Assembly (NCBI RefSeq): GCF_006345805.1
Contig: NC_042998.1
Coordinates: 96,038,001-96,102,000 of the forward strand
From: Octopus sinensis
Taxonomy: Eukaryota
Length of the DNA stretch: 64,000 nt
Direction: 5' to 3'
The notes beneath the pieces were generated by a model. It saw only the letters and a program-made list of their open reading frames with translations, was not told the DNA's origin and did not search any database. The translations under genes were made by a program, and so were the position numbers. Shown in pieces: positions 53,370 to 64,000 of this stretch. Positions within the stretch are counted from its first letter, which is position 1. The number at the start of each line of letters is the position of its first letter.

Positions 53370-53930
53370 ATTTGGTGGCGGACAGGGGGGACTAGTTGAT
53401 TACATCGATCTCATTGCATCCCGAAAGGATGCGAGGTAAAGCTGATCTGGTTGGATTTGAACTAAGAACGTAAAGCCGGAAGAAATGCTGTTAAGCACTT
53501 TGTTCGGCACGGTAACGATTCTGCCAGCTTGACGCCTTCACCATCATTATTATTATTCGTTCTGAGTTCAAATGCTGCCGGGGTCGACTTTGCTTTTCAT
53601 CCTTTCGGGGTCGATATATTAAGTACCAGTTGCATACTGGGGTCGATCTAATCGACTGTCATCTCCTCCAAAATTTCGGACCTTGTGCCAAGAGTAGAAA
53701 CGAATATCATCATTATTATAATAATTGCTTCTAAATCAAATTCAAGACCAATAATTTGGTGGGTGGGGGATCAGAAGAACAGTCGATACCATCGATCAAA
53801 GTACTTCACTGACCCTGGAGATAAAATAAAATAAAGTTGATTTGAGGAGGATTTGAACCCAGAACGTAAAGAGCCGGAACAAATACTGCAAGATATTTTT
53901 GCCCGATACGCCTAACGATTCTGCCAATCC
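53370..53930. mobile_element. Three diverged SINE family A copies (-, +, -)
   Basis: Family A core motifs on alternating strands. Confidence 0.7.
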
Positions 53931-54774
53931 GATGAATAGCAGAACCCGCGAATATCATAGAACAAGAAGCCAGCTCATGCAAACTAAAATCACAGCGATG
54001 AGGCTTCTATGAAGTCACTCCACCTGCTAGAAAAAGCAACCAAATTTGTATAAATTAAAATTTCTTCCAGTTTTCAGCCGTTGTTCCACTGAATAGATTC
54101 CAAATTCGCAATTCTTTCTCTCTCTTTCTTTTCCTTTCATTCTCTCTTTCCACGCACAAAGACACACATTTCACACACACGCACACACGCACACACACAC
54201 GCGTGCGCATATTTATATATTCCTCTCTATTGGAAGTATATCTCTTCTGACTACATCATCTCTTCATCGAGCAGGAGATTTTAAACTGCCCTGAGCATAT
54301 ATAAAGAGCGAATTCTATCAATTTTTTCATATTTTGATATATCTTAACCGAGGAAGATTACGCAATTACGTTAAACCTACGTAATAAGTGCATTCTAAAT
54401 ATCATCACTTGGAGTGACTTCATTTACACGCACGCACACACACACACACACACACACAACACACACACACACACACACACACATACACACACACACATAC
54501 ACACACATATATATATAAATTTAATTAGAGGATACGTTAACCTCGTGAAGGGATGGCTGCATCCCACATATAACATCCAAAGGTACATCTTTTTTTCTCA
54601 AATGAAATTATACTCATGTCACATAAATGTAAAGTTAATGTACAAATTTGTAATTAAATTATTGACTATTAATTCAAACGGCTGTAAGAAACGAAGATGA
54701 TCAATTTGTTGTTAAGAATAAACAATTATTAACTTCCTAATCTCCATTTTCTTTTCTTCTTTTATATAACTGAG

Positions 54775-55470
54775 ATAACTTAGATTGGTTTCGGCCATTT
54801 TTGGCCCAGGCCATGACTAACTCAGTAGCTCCACCTGGAAAAGTATTTTAATTAATTATTTCAGGACACCATGGACTACTCAAGCAAAGTGTTGTCGTTG
54901 GCTGAAACGTATCCAGGTGTAGGAAGTTTGTCCGGTATTTCCTGGAGAAATTTGTCCAGGTACTGTTTGAAAGTTGTGGGGTCTTTTTCTACCTTAATTT
55001 CTTTCGGGATAACATTGAAAAAGAGCAGGACCATTTGCAGTAAAGAAATTGTACCGCAACGTTCTTATGTAACGTGATCTCGACGTTTGTAGGGGATGCA
55101 TTGCACGGGGGCCTAGTCATAGGTGAATTGTAAACATAATACCGATATCATTTGGGTAATATTGGTGGAATATTTTCCATATAGTACAAATAATGTATCG
55201 CTCACGGCAGCGTTGCAGTCAGTTGTTTAAGTCGAGCCCAATAATCAAGTCCCGTCATGCCATTTATTTTTTTTTAGTGATTCATCTTTATGGCGCTTCG
55301 ATCATCTTTGTAGCGGAACCACAATGGGCAGCAGTATTCGGGGTGGGGCCTAGTGAATGTGCAGAAGAGAAGGATGATGGTTTCATGATCCCTAGGTTGA
55401 AAAGTTCTGAGGACCCATGAGCACATTCTGCGGGCAACATAGACTTTCTTGCTGATGTGCACACTCCAGT
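54775..55470 (-). mobile_element. CR1/L2-group LINE 3' portion with 3' stem-loop
   Basis: Minus-strand ARRMCSWVLRTFQPRDHETIILLFCTFTRPHPEYCCPLW; downstream LFNVIPKEIK..FKQYLDKFLQEIPDKLP. Confidence 0.85.
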
Positions 55471-55568
55471 TAAGATTGCTGTATGTATGTATGTATGTAT
55501 GTATGTATGTATGTATGTATGTATGTATGTATGTATGTCACATGTGTGTGTGAGGGATTGGGTGTACA

Positions 55569-55622
<54 letters not shown>

Positions 55623-55624
55623 TA

Positions 55625-55792
55625 TTTGAACTCTATACTTTTGTCTTTCTCCGTGTTTTTCCTCTTAATCCTTTCTGTCGAAGAGCATAGGCCCGAAACG
55701 TAAAAGGCTTTTCCATTCTTCCCGAGCGTTAAACTAATACACCTTCTTGTTGTTCCTACGCCTGTCTTTGTCGTTTGTTTTCTGTAAATTTG

Positions 55793-55835
<43 letters not shown>

Positions 55836-56050
55836 GGTTCAAAATAGTACAAAGAAGAAAACAAAAGACGGAAACAGGTGAGGGAACAACAAACAAGGTA
55901 TGTTAGTTTGGCGCTCAGAAAAAATGGAAGAGTCTTTGACGTTTCGAGCCTACGCTCTTTTACAAATAGGAATGGTGGAAGAAAACAGATGGAGAAAGGA
56001 AAAGATAAACGGAGGGAAAAAATGTCTTGATCAAGGGTTGCACATGTTGA
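55625..56050. mobile_element. Two diverged inverted copies of a short HHR-like element flanking a (TA)n tract
   Basis: 55670-55707 +: ccttt-CTGTCGA-a-gagc atag gccc-GAAA-cg-TA-aaagg; 55933-55970 -: ..a-gagc gtag gctc-GAAA-cg-TC-aaag. Confidence 0.7.
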
Positions 56051-56051
56051 G

Positions 56052-56123
<72 letters not shown>

Positions 56124-56286
56124 ATATGTGTATGTGTGTTTTTATGTATGTATATAGCACCTAATGATTTATAAACATCCAATTAATAAAGTGGAAAAAA
56201 TTATCAGAAAAGCCATTTCTGTTCATTTTGTTTAAATATATAATACTGTACCAAGGATTTTCTATTTGTAATTCTACTACATATAT

Positions 56287-56326
<40 letters not shown>

Positions 56327-56742
56327 TCTTTTATACTTAATTCAGAATGCGTATATATTGAATCCATACATTCTAAATGTAGAATGCATGCATGCTGATT
56401 GTAAGCATTTTCTAAATTTAGTGTAAAGAGATGGTGGGTGGTTGAAAGAAAAAAAAAAGTATTGAAAAATGCTGCTACGTGAATAGGTGTAAGTCTCCCT
56501 AGATATACACGATACGTTATAACTTTAGTATAAATCAATGGAAACAATTTTCTCCAATTAAATCTCTTTTCTCCCAATACTAATATCATTAGAATGTGAT
56601 ACTTTTATTTTTATTTTAAAGCAATAATCGAGAATGTAAGAACGTTTATTTGTTCTAATTAGACTAAAAGCTGCATTTCTTTTACAGGAAATGGTTTATA
56701 TCTTACAACTAGGACTACGAAAGAAATAATAAATGAATTAAC

Positions 56743-56817
<75 letters not shown>

Positions 56818-57469
56818 ATACGCGTGTTTTTTGCAGGTTTTTTTCTTCGGTTTTAATAAAATTGCTGTTTTTCTTGCTATATATTTATTTTTACCATTCA
56901 CATTCATACTTTTTGTAGTCCGCATTCACTTTGATCTCGAATGTTAGTTTGAGAGTGAATAGCAGTGCGCATGCTCAAAAGGAAGTAATGTTATTAGAAG
57001 AAAGATTTAGTGTCAGTGTATACCTATATGTATTGAAGTGTGTTTCAGTGACAATAAAAGTAATGTGTATTCGTTTGTGTATATGCTTTGCAATACAAAA
57101 AAGAAAAGAACAACAAACCCGATAACACATATGGAAAAAAAAAAGATTGAATAAAAAATATTTAAACTGGGAGAATAAAGAATTATCACCAGCATCATAC
57201 TAATAATTTTAGCTAATATAAAAATAAATTCTGATAATTTTTATTTGGATAATTTATTTTGTGAAAAATTATATATTTTCAAAACCTTTTAAATATTAAC
57301 TATAGAAAATTTGTTGAATTTTATTTCACTATACGTTAGCTAATATTCCTTTGAATATTCGCTAACTCTACGTTAGCGAATAATCCTTTGAAAGCGACTA
57401 GTTTCATGCTAGTGAATATATGCGAATATATTTGAAATACAGGGAGAGACATGGGGAAAGAGGAGGGAG

Positions 57470-57525
<56 letters not shown>

Positions 57526-57929
57526 GGGTAGAGGTTATATGTATTTTTCCTTTCAAGACCTAACTTGATCTTATCGATTTTTCAGTGACAAAATCTCCAT
57601 CTTAATTAATAACAAACGACATTATAAACCACATAGAATATGAAATGTCAACATTCTATTAGCTGAATATAAAGAGGGAAGTGAAAAAAAAGGCAAGAAA
57701 GAAAAACAAACAAAAAACATAGTGCAAAGTGCTGTTTTAATTTAGAGGTTCCAACGAATGTAGGTAGTTGAACAAATTCTAAATATTGAAATGTATTTCT
57801 GCTGAGGGAAGATAATAGGGTTTATAATATAGACAGCTTTATTAGGGGTCAAAATTCTAAAGAACATCTATTTCTCAAGGGAACCTTCCTATGTAATAGC
57901 TTGACTTGCTAAACGTATCTTATCATACC

Positions 57930-58162
57930 TATTTCTTTACTACCCACAAGGGGCTAAACACTGAGAGGACAAACAAGGACAGACAAACGGATTAAGTCGA
58001 TTATATCGACCCCAGTGCGTAACTGGCACTTATTTAATCGACCCCGAAAGGATGAAAGGCAAAGTCGACCTCGGCGGAATTTGAACTCAGAACGTAGCGG
58101 CAGACGAAATACCGCTAAGCATTTCGCCCGGCGTGCTAACGTTTCTGCCAGCTCGCCGCCTT
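57930..58162 (-). mobile_element. Full-length, young SINE family A copy
   Basis: Near-identical to 62203-62433 and the 36635-36866 copy. Confidence 0.92.
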
Positions 58163-58367
58163 AAAATACCTTGTAGTCTTATACAAAAACATTAAAACGT
58201 TCCCTGTACGTAGGAAAAAGGCATGATGGTCATGGTTAGAATGCCTGGTCATATGTCATAGGTCTATTGGCGCAGAGTTGACCTGGGATCAAATATGAAG
58301 AATAATACAACAGCAGCAGCAGCCAGTAATATATGTTTAATTGGGTTCCATAACTAGAAAGAAAATA

Positions 58368-58721
58368 TAGTAATCCCTTGACTATCGCGGGTGTTGCGTT
58401 TCAAACCACACCGCGATAGGTGAAAATCCGCGAAGTAGAAACAGTACTGTATATTAATTTTTAAAGGTTGCAAGACGCAACGAAAATTTTAGGAAAATAA
58501 AAATAAGAAATAAGTGGAAATTTTACCGGTGAGTGTGTTAAATCACAAGGCACAAAAAGAAAATGACTCTCCCCAGACACAACAGAATTGTGTATAATTT
58601 TATTATAAATGCAAAACAACACCGCAGAGGAATCGACGTAAGCTTAAATAATGAACCGCGATAGGTGAACCACGATAGGTGAACCGCGATAGGTGAACCG
58701 CGATATGGCGAGGGATTACTG
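58368..58721. mobile_element. Tigger/pogo-type MITE with internal 14-bp tandem repeat and an inserted HHR-type fragment
   Basis: TIR tagtaatcccttgactatcgcgg / ccgcgatatggcgagggattactg; (tgaaccgcgatagg) x4 at ~58651-58705. Confidence 0.85.
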
Positions 58722-59136
58722 TGTCTATTTTTTAAAACGTAATATACTTAAAAAAGAATTAAAGCAGTGAGATGGCAGAGTCGTTAGCGCGACGGACAAA
58801 ATGCTTTGCAGTATTTCTTCAAGCTCTCTACGTTGTCCGTTCAAATTACGCCGGCGTCAACTCTATCTTTCGTCCTTTCGGGGTCAAAAAAAAAAAATAC
58901 CAGACAAGTGCTGGGGGTCGATGTAATCGACTAACCTCCGCCTCCAAAATTACTGTCCTTGTAACAAATTTAGAAAGAATATATCTAAAAAATGCATTTG
59001 ATGATACATTGACAAGTTTACGGAAATCACACTTGCTATTTAGAGTCTTCTTGGACTGCTAAACTCTCATTTCTTCTAAATTAGAATAAACGCTCTCATG
59101 CGATCCTTTGATACTAAAAAATAACCTTAAGGAGTG

Positions 59137-59174
<38 letters not shown>

Positions 59175-59502
59175 GATCTGGTCTAACGACCCTCCATGTT
59201 TGTTTTCGTTCGTTTTCCTTGTATGTCTCTCCACTGTATTAATTTTGTTCCCAACTTTGACCCTCCATAAAACCTAAATTTTATTTTAGAATTCATGGGA
59301 CCAGCTGTCTTGGAAGACTCATATTGTCTTTGAATGCTCGAAATGAGGAGTAGATAGACAGCCGACAATTGATGAAGGGTCCTTTCTCTGTGTTTGCTTG
59401 TCCTGTTTTCCAATTTTTCTTTCGTTGTTTACTTATTTAACTCGTATGTTTACGTATTTATTTACGTTGTTTGCACAGTTGGTGACGTCTTGTACCCATA
59501 TA

Positions 59503-59552
<50 letters not shown>

Positions 59553-59584
59553 ACACACAGATATATATATTATTAATTATATAT

Positions 59585-60220
59585 CAGCCCCTTCACGCTT
59601 ATTTCGTTCTTTCGTTCCCCCTCGCTCACATTTCATTGCCTTCTCTTCATGCTCATTTTCCCCCTCTTTTCACTTCACCATGTCCTTGTCATTTTTTCTC
59701 GCCTCTCCTAATTTCTTCTGTCCCTCTACCTCTGACTCTCTCTCTTCTCTCTCCACGTAATCGGTGTTCGGCCAAGCCTGACCTTTCTTTCTCGGTTCGG
59801 CCGTCGTCCGTGCAACATCTATATTCGTTCCTGGGTCCATGAAAACTTGTATCTCTGCCGCAAGGCTTTACTTCCGCACACGCCAGCTTAATTTAATTCG
59901 TCCTTAATCGAAAGACACCTGTTGTTATGTCGTGTTATTTGTATTTGTGTAAATTTCTCCGTTTTTTCCGTCCTCGTTTTCGTATACATTCGCTGCTTTC
60001 TTCCAAGGAATCTAATGCTCTTAGCTTAGTTTTTCCTTTGAGCTGGCCAGATTGGAGCAATCTCGAGTATAACTAGCCGAAATTGCAAAGGTAATCTGGA
60101 ACTCGACTGAGGAAAGAAAACTTCGAATGACCCGTCCTTGTTTTCTTTGTATCGTCTATCTGGATGTTTCGTTGTCCGTTTCACCTAAGTGTCTGGATGT
60201 TTTGCGTTCTTGTCCCATTT

Positions 60221-60222
<2 letters not shown>
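59585..60222 (+). mobile_element. Second copy of the 1173-1785 element
   Basis: See 1173-1785. Confidence 0.65.
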
Positions 60223-60265
<43 letters not shown>

Positions 60266-60321
60266 ACCGTTGGCGATTTTTTTCCTCTGTCTTCCCTTCT
60301 CTGGATCTTTCCTTCTCCTAT

Positions 60322-60356
60322 GTTTCCGACGAAGAGCTCCGCTCGAAACGTTAAAC
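60322..60356 (+). ncRNA. Minimal type I hammerhead-like motif (U4C variant)
   Basis: gttt-CCGACGA-a-gagc tcc gctc-GAAA-cg-TT-aaac. Confidence 0.65.
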
Positions 60357-60536
60357 CCTCCTTCTTTCCTTCTTTCCTGAGCGTCCAATAATACTATATT
60401 TGTTACACGTCTCGCGTTGCTGTGTTTTTTTGAGTTTTCTTGTTGGATTAACTTTATATATATATAACAAATAAATAACAAGGATGTCCAAGTATCAGAT
60501 TTTCTGTGAAAATATTTGTGTATATACATACATACA

Positions 60537-60628
<92 letters not shown>

Positions 60629-60629
60629 G

Positions 60630-60675
<46 letters not shown>

Positions 60676-60769
60676 TGGTAAGAAGGGTTTGTAAGAAGGT
60701 TTCCGTACTGTTTCCGTCTACCGAATTCATTTACACCGTCACGAAAAAGTACAAAAACTGTCAGCTGGA

Positions 60770-60947
60770 GGAGGGAGAGATTGTCGGAGGTTAGCGAGAG
60801 AGATTGTCGGAGGTTGGCGAGAGAGGTTGTCGGAGGTTGTCGAGAGAGGTTTGAGGAGGTTGGCGAGAGAGGTTGTCGGAAGTTGGCAAGAGAAGTTGTC
60901 GGAGGTTGTAGAGAGAGGTTTTCAGAGGTTGGCGAGAGAGGTTGTCG
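60770..60947. repeat. Minisatellite, ~23-bp unit ggaggttggcgagagaggttgtc
   Basis: About 7 imperfect copies. Confidence 0.9.
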
Positions 60948-61294
60948 TTAAACAGAAAAACTATTGTTTTACTCTGAGAAAAGCGCTGTTGAGTGTTAAG
61001 TGAAATTTGGCAATCGAGGATCGAATCCACGCTATGCCTGCATGAAGCCACTACAAATACGTTGTGGAAAAAATTTGTCTACTCTCATAGAGAAAGTATA
61101 ACTGTAAAAATGCACAATTATCAGAGTAATGGGCATTCAAAAAAGTATGTATGTATAGAAATATATGAATGAAGAGATTCAAGTTAAGGAAGTGCAATAA
61201 TAATGTTTTGCAGTTCAACACTGTGAGTAGTGAAATGCAGAATTAGGTCGACTGATCGTGAGAATCAAATATTGATCGCTTCGCTAAAAAACTG

Positions 61295-61690
61295 CAGGTG
61301 GTATGGGTTATTTCCCTTGGGTTGTTTAAATAAAATATTAATAATATGTAGTAGATAGGAGGACCCATTGGATGAGCCCTATTATCGATTTTTTCAACAA
61401 CAATCTAAGTATGTCACGAGGTTTTCAGACATGAATTCAACTCACGAGTCAAATAAAATAAAAAAGTGATATTGTCTGCAAAAATTAGAAATTGGACACA
61501 CAAAAAAATCAATATTCAAAGTAATCGAACATAAACAATGAAATGGTGTATTTTCCTTGAGTGTTTAAAAATATTAGATATATGAGGTAGATATAAAGGT
61601 CCATTCCAGGGGCCGTATTATCGATTTTTTCAACAATCTAAGTATGTCAGGAAGTTTCCAGACATGAGTTCTACTCACGTATCAAGTTTC
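61295..61690. repeat. Diverged direct duplication (~61295-61450 and ~61545-61690)
   Basis: attatcgattttttcaacaa..tctaagtatgtca..cagacatga..ttc.actcacg occurs twice. Confidence 0.8.
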
Positions 61691-61704
61691 ATCAAAATAC
61701 TATA

Positions 61705-62185
<481 letters not shown>

Positions 62186-62202
62186 TATATATGCATATAT
62201 AT

Positions 62203-62433
62203 ATTTCTTTATTACCCACAAGGGGCTAAACATAGAGGGGACAAACAAGGACAGACAAAGGGATTAAGTCGATTACATCGACCCCAGTGGGTAACTGGTA
62301 CTTAATTTATCGGCCCCGAAAGGATGAAAGGCAAAGTCGACCTCGGCGGAATTTGAACTCACAACGTAACGACAGACGAAATACCGCTAAGCATTTCGCC
62401 CGGCGCGCTAACGTTTCTGCCAGCTCGCCGCCT
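62203..62433 (-). mobile_element. Full-length SINE family A
   Basis: Reverse of ggcggcgagctggcagaaacgttagc... Confidence 0.92.
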
Positions 62434-62526
62434 ATATATGCATATATAGGTACCGGACGCCACCAACTCTAAACAACATGAAATACGAAAATAAACGAGC
62501 TAAATATGCAAACAACGTTGTTTGCG

Positions 62527-62598
<72 letters not shown>

Positions 62599-63014
62599 AT
62601 ATTATATATACACATATATATTATTTATATTATTATATATATATAGATGAAGAGAGAGAAAGAGTTGTATATGTTTACATACGTATCACGTGACCGACCA
62701 GCCTATAAGATGTTATTATACTTCACTTATGACTATGCACTTTTGCATTGTTTTTCCTTTCAAATGATGCCACCCTGCTGGCTAGGTGAACAGGCTAACA
62801 ATCCCCCTGATCAAAGAGGGACTGGAACAATGTGCAACGAATTGTTTTGCTCAAGAACACAACACGCCACTCAATCAGGGCGATCGTGAGTGTAACAGCC
62901 TAACCACTAGACCACGCGCCACACACACACACACACACGCACACACAACGCACACACAGATATATATATATATATGTGTTTTCTTGTATACATCTCTCTC
63001 TCTTTCTCTCTCTC

Positions 63015-63054
<40 letters not shown>

Positions 63055-63159
63055 CAATTGCAGCGTGGAAGGTGTTTATAAGCCATTTAAGAAACACATA
63101 AAAATCATTAGATTCACTTCAACATTTAAATTTAATTTGTCAAAATATTTTCGTCGCTT

Positions 63160-63231
63160 TGAGACCGCGACCTTTCAATGACAAGACTTCGTGCTGCACG
63201 AAGTTTTGTCAGTGAACAGGTCGCGGTCTCA
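63160..63231. repeat. 72-bp near-perfect hairpin overlapping a degenerate HHR-like motif (63137-63186, minus)
   Basis: tgagaccgcgacct..tgacaagacttcgtg ctg cacgaagttttgtca..aggtcgcggtctca. Confidence 0.9.
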
Positions 63232-63310
63232 TATCTGTATATATCTGTGTGCAATTGTTTTCGTTCCACCACACGATCTCAGATCAAGTCAATCGCTATG
63301 CAAGTACATC

Positions 63311-63377
<67 letters not shown>

Positions 63378-63392
63378 TTATTATATAGAAGG

Positions 63393-63443
63393 AGCTTCTA
63401 CAGGACTAGAACTGTTTCATTCAAAAGAAATCATCAGGAAGCT
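63393..63443 (-). ncRNA. Type I hammerhead ribozyme, intact core (inverted copy)
   Basis: Exact reverse complement of 63822-63872. Confidence 0.8.
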
Positions 63444-63821
63444 AGTAGACAAGAGTTGTTTTGGCATTTATACATTTAGGCAGGTTTAAATGGGTGGTGG
63501 GGGGGACTTTTTTGGGGGTAGGCATGGCGCAAAACTGTCATTATTAGGGGAGTGGTCAAAGGAATCGGTGGTAAAGTAGATAAAAGAATAAATAAAAGAA
63601 TAAAAAAATAAATAGAAAAATAGAGTTTTAGGTAAGTAAGGAGACTCTCACTTGTACATCTACATATATATATATACACATATCTACACCCACATATTCA
63701 CATATATCTATACATATACATACATACCCACATATACATACATATATATATATGCATACATACATATATATATATATGCATACATACACATACACATATG
63801 CCAAAACAACTCTTGTCTACT

Positions 63822-63872
63822 AGCTTCCTGATGATTTCTTTTGAATGAAACAGTTCTAGTCCTGTAGAAGCT
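63822..63872 (+). ncRNA. Type I hammerhead ribozyme, intact core
   Basis: agcttc-CTGATGA-t-ttc tttt gaa-t-GAAA-cag ttctagtc ctg-TA-gaagct; 6-bp helix I, GUA cleavage triplet. Confidence 0.8.
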
Positions 63873-63954
63873 CCTTCTATATAATAAATTAATTTACTCT
63901 GCTATGTATTGAGTACCTTATTTACTGTGGTTAACCCCGACTCAACCCGGGACC

Positions 63955-63992
<38 letters not shown>

Positions 63993-64000
63993 AAATAGAA

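Noticed and set aside
56960-56990. GCGCATGC plus GGAAGT as an NRF1/ETS promoter
   Set aside because: Short motifs only; no CpG enrichment or linked exon visible

Overview
A eukaryotic (animal) window that is AT-rich and almost entirely repetitive. Its microsatellite density and tRNA-derived SINE families suggest a cephalopod (Octopus-like) genome, which is an inference. There is no intact long ORF, and nearly all entries in the ORF track are translated microsatellites. Supported content: decayed Tc1/mariner elements (two maT/DD37D-type, two mariner DD34D-type), a pogo/Tigger-type element with a nested hAT element, hAT and Tigger MITEs, non-autonomous Helitrons, RTE and CR1/L2-type LINE remnants, a Penelope-like (GIY-YIG) remnant, three tRNA-SINE families and many microsatellites. 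The most notable signal is about a dozen type I hammerhead ribozyme (HHR) motifs in short, mutually dissimilar elements embedded in or next to (TA)n tracts. Five have an intact CUGANGA/GAAA/NUH core. Their helix III sequences differ but are nearly always self-complementary (ACGATCGT, ACAATTGT, ACAGCTGT, AACGTT, AAAATTTT, AAATATTT). Some have unusually long helix II hairpins, and several are embedded in fold-back inverted duplications. This points to a diversified system of Penelope-derived, microsatellite-targeting, ribozyme-bearing non-autonomous retroelements. A few possible minus-strand exons of an unidentified host transcript are also noted at low confidence. All alignments and folds were done by eye, and boundaries without a TIR or TSD are approximate.
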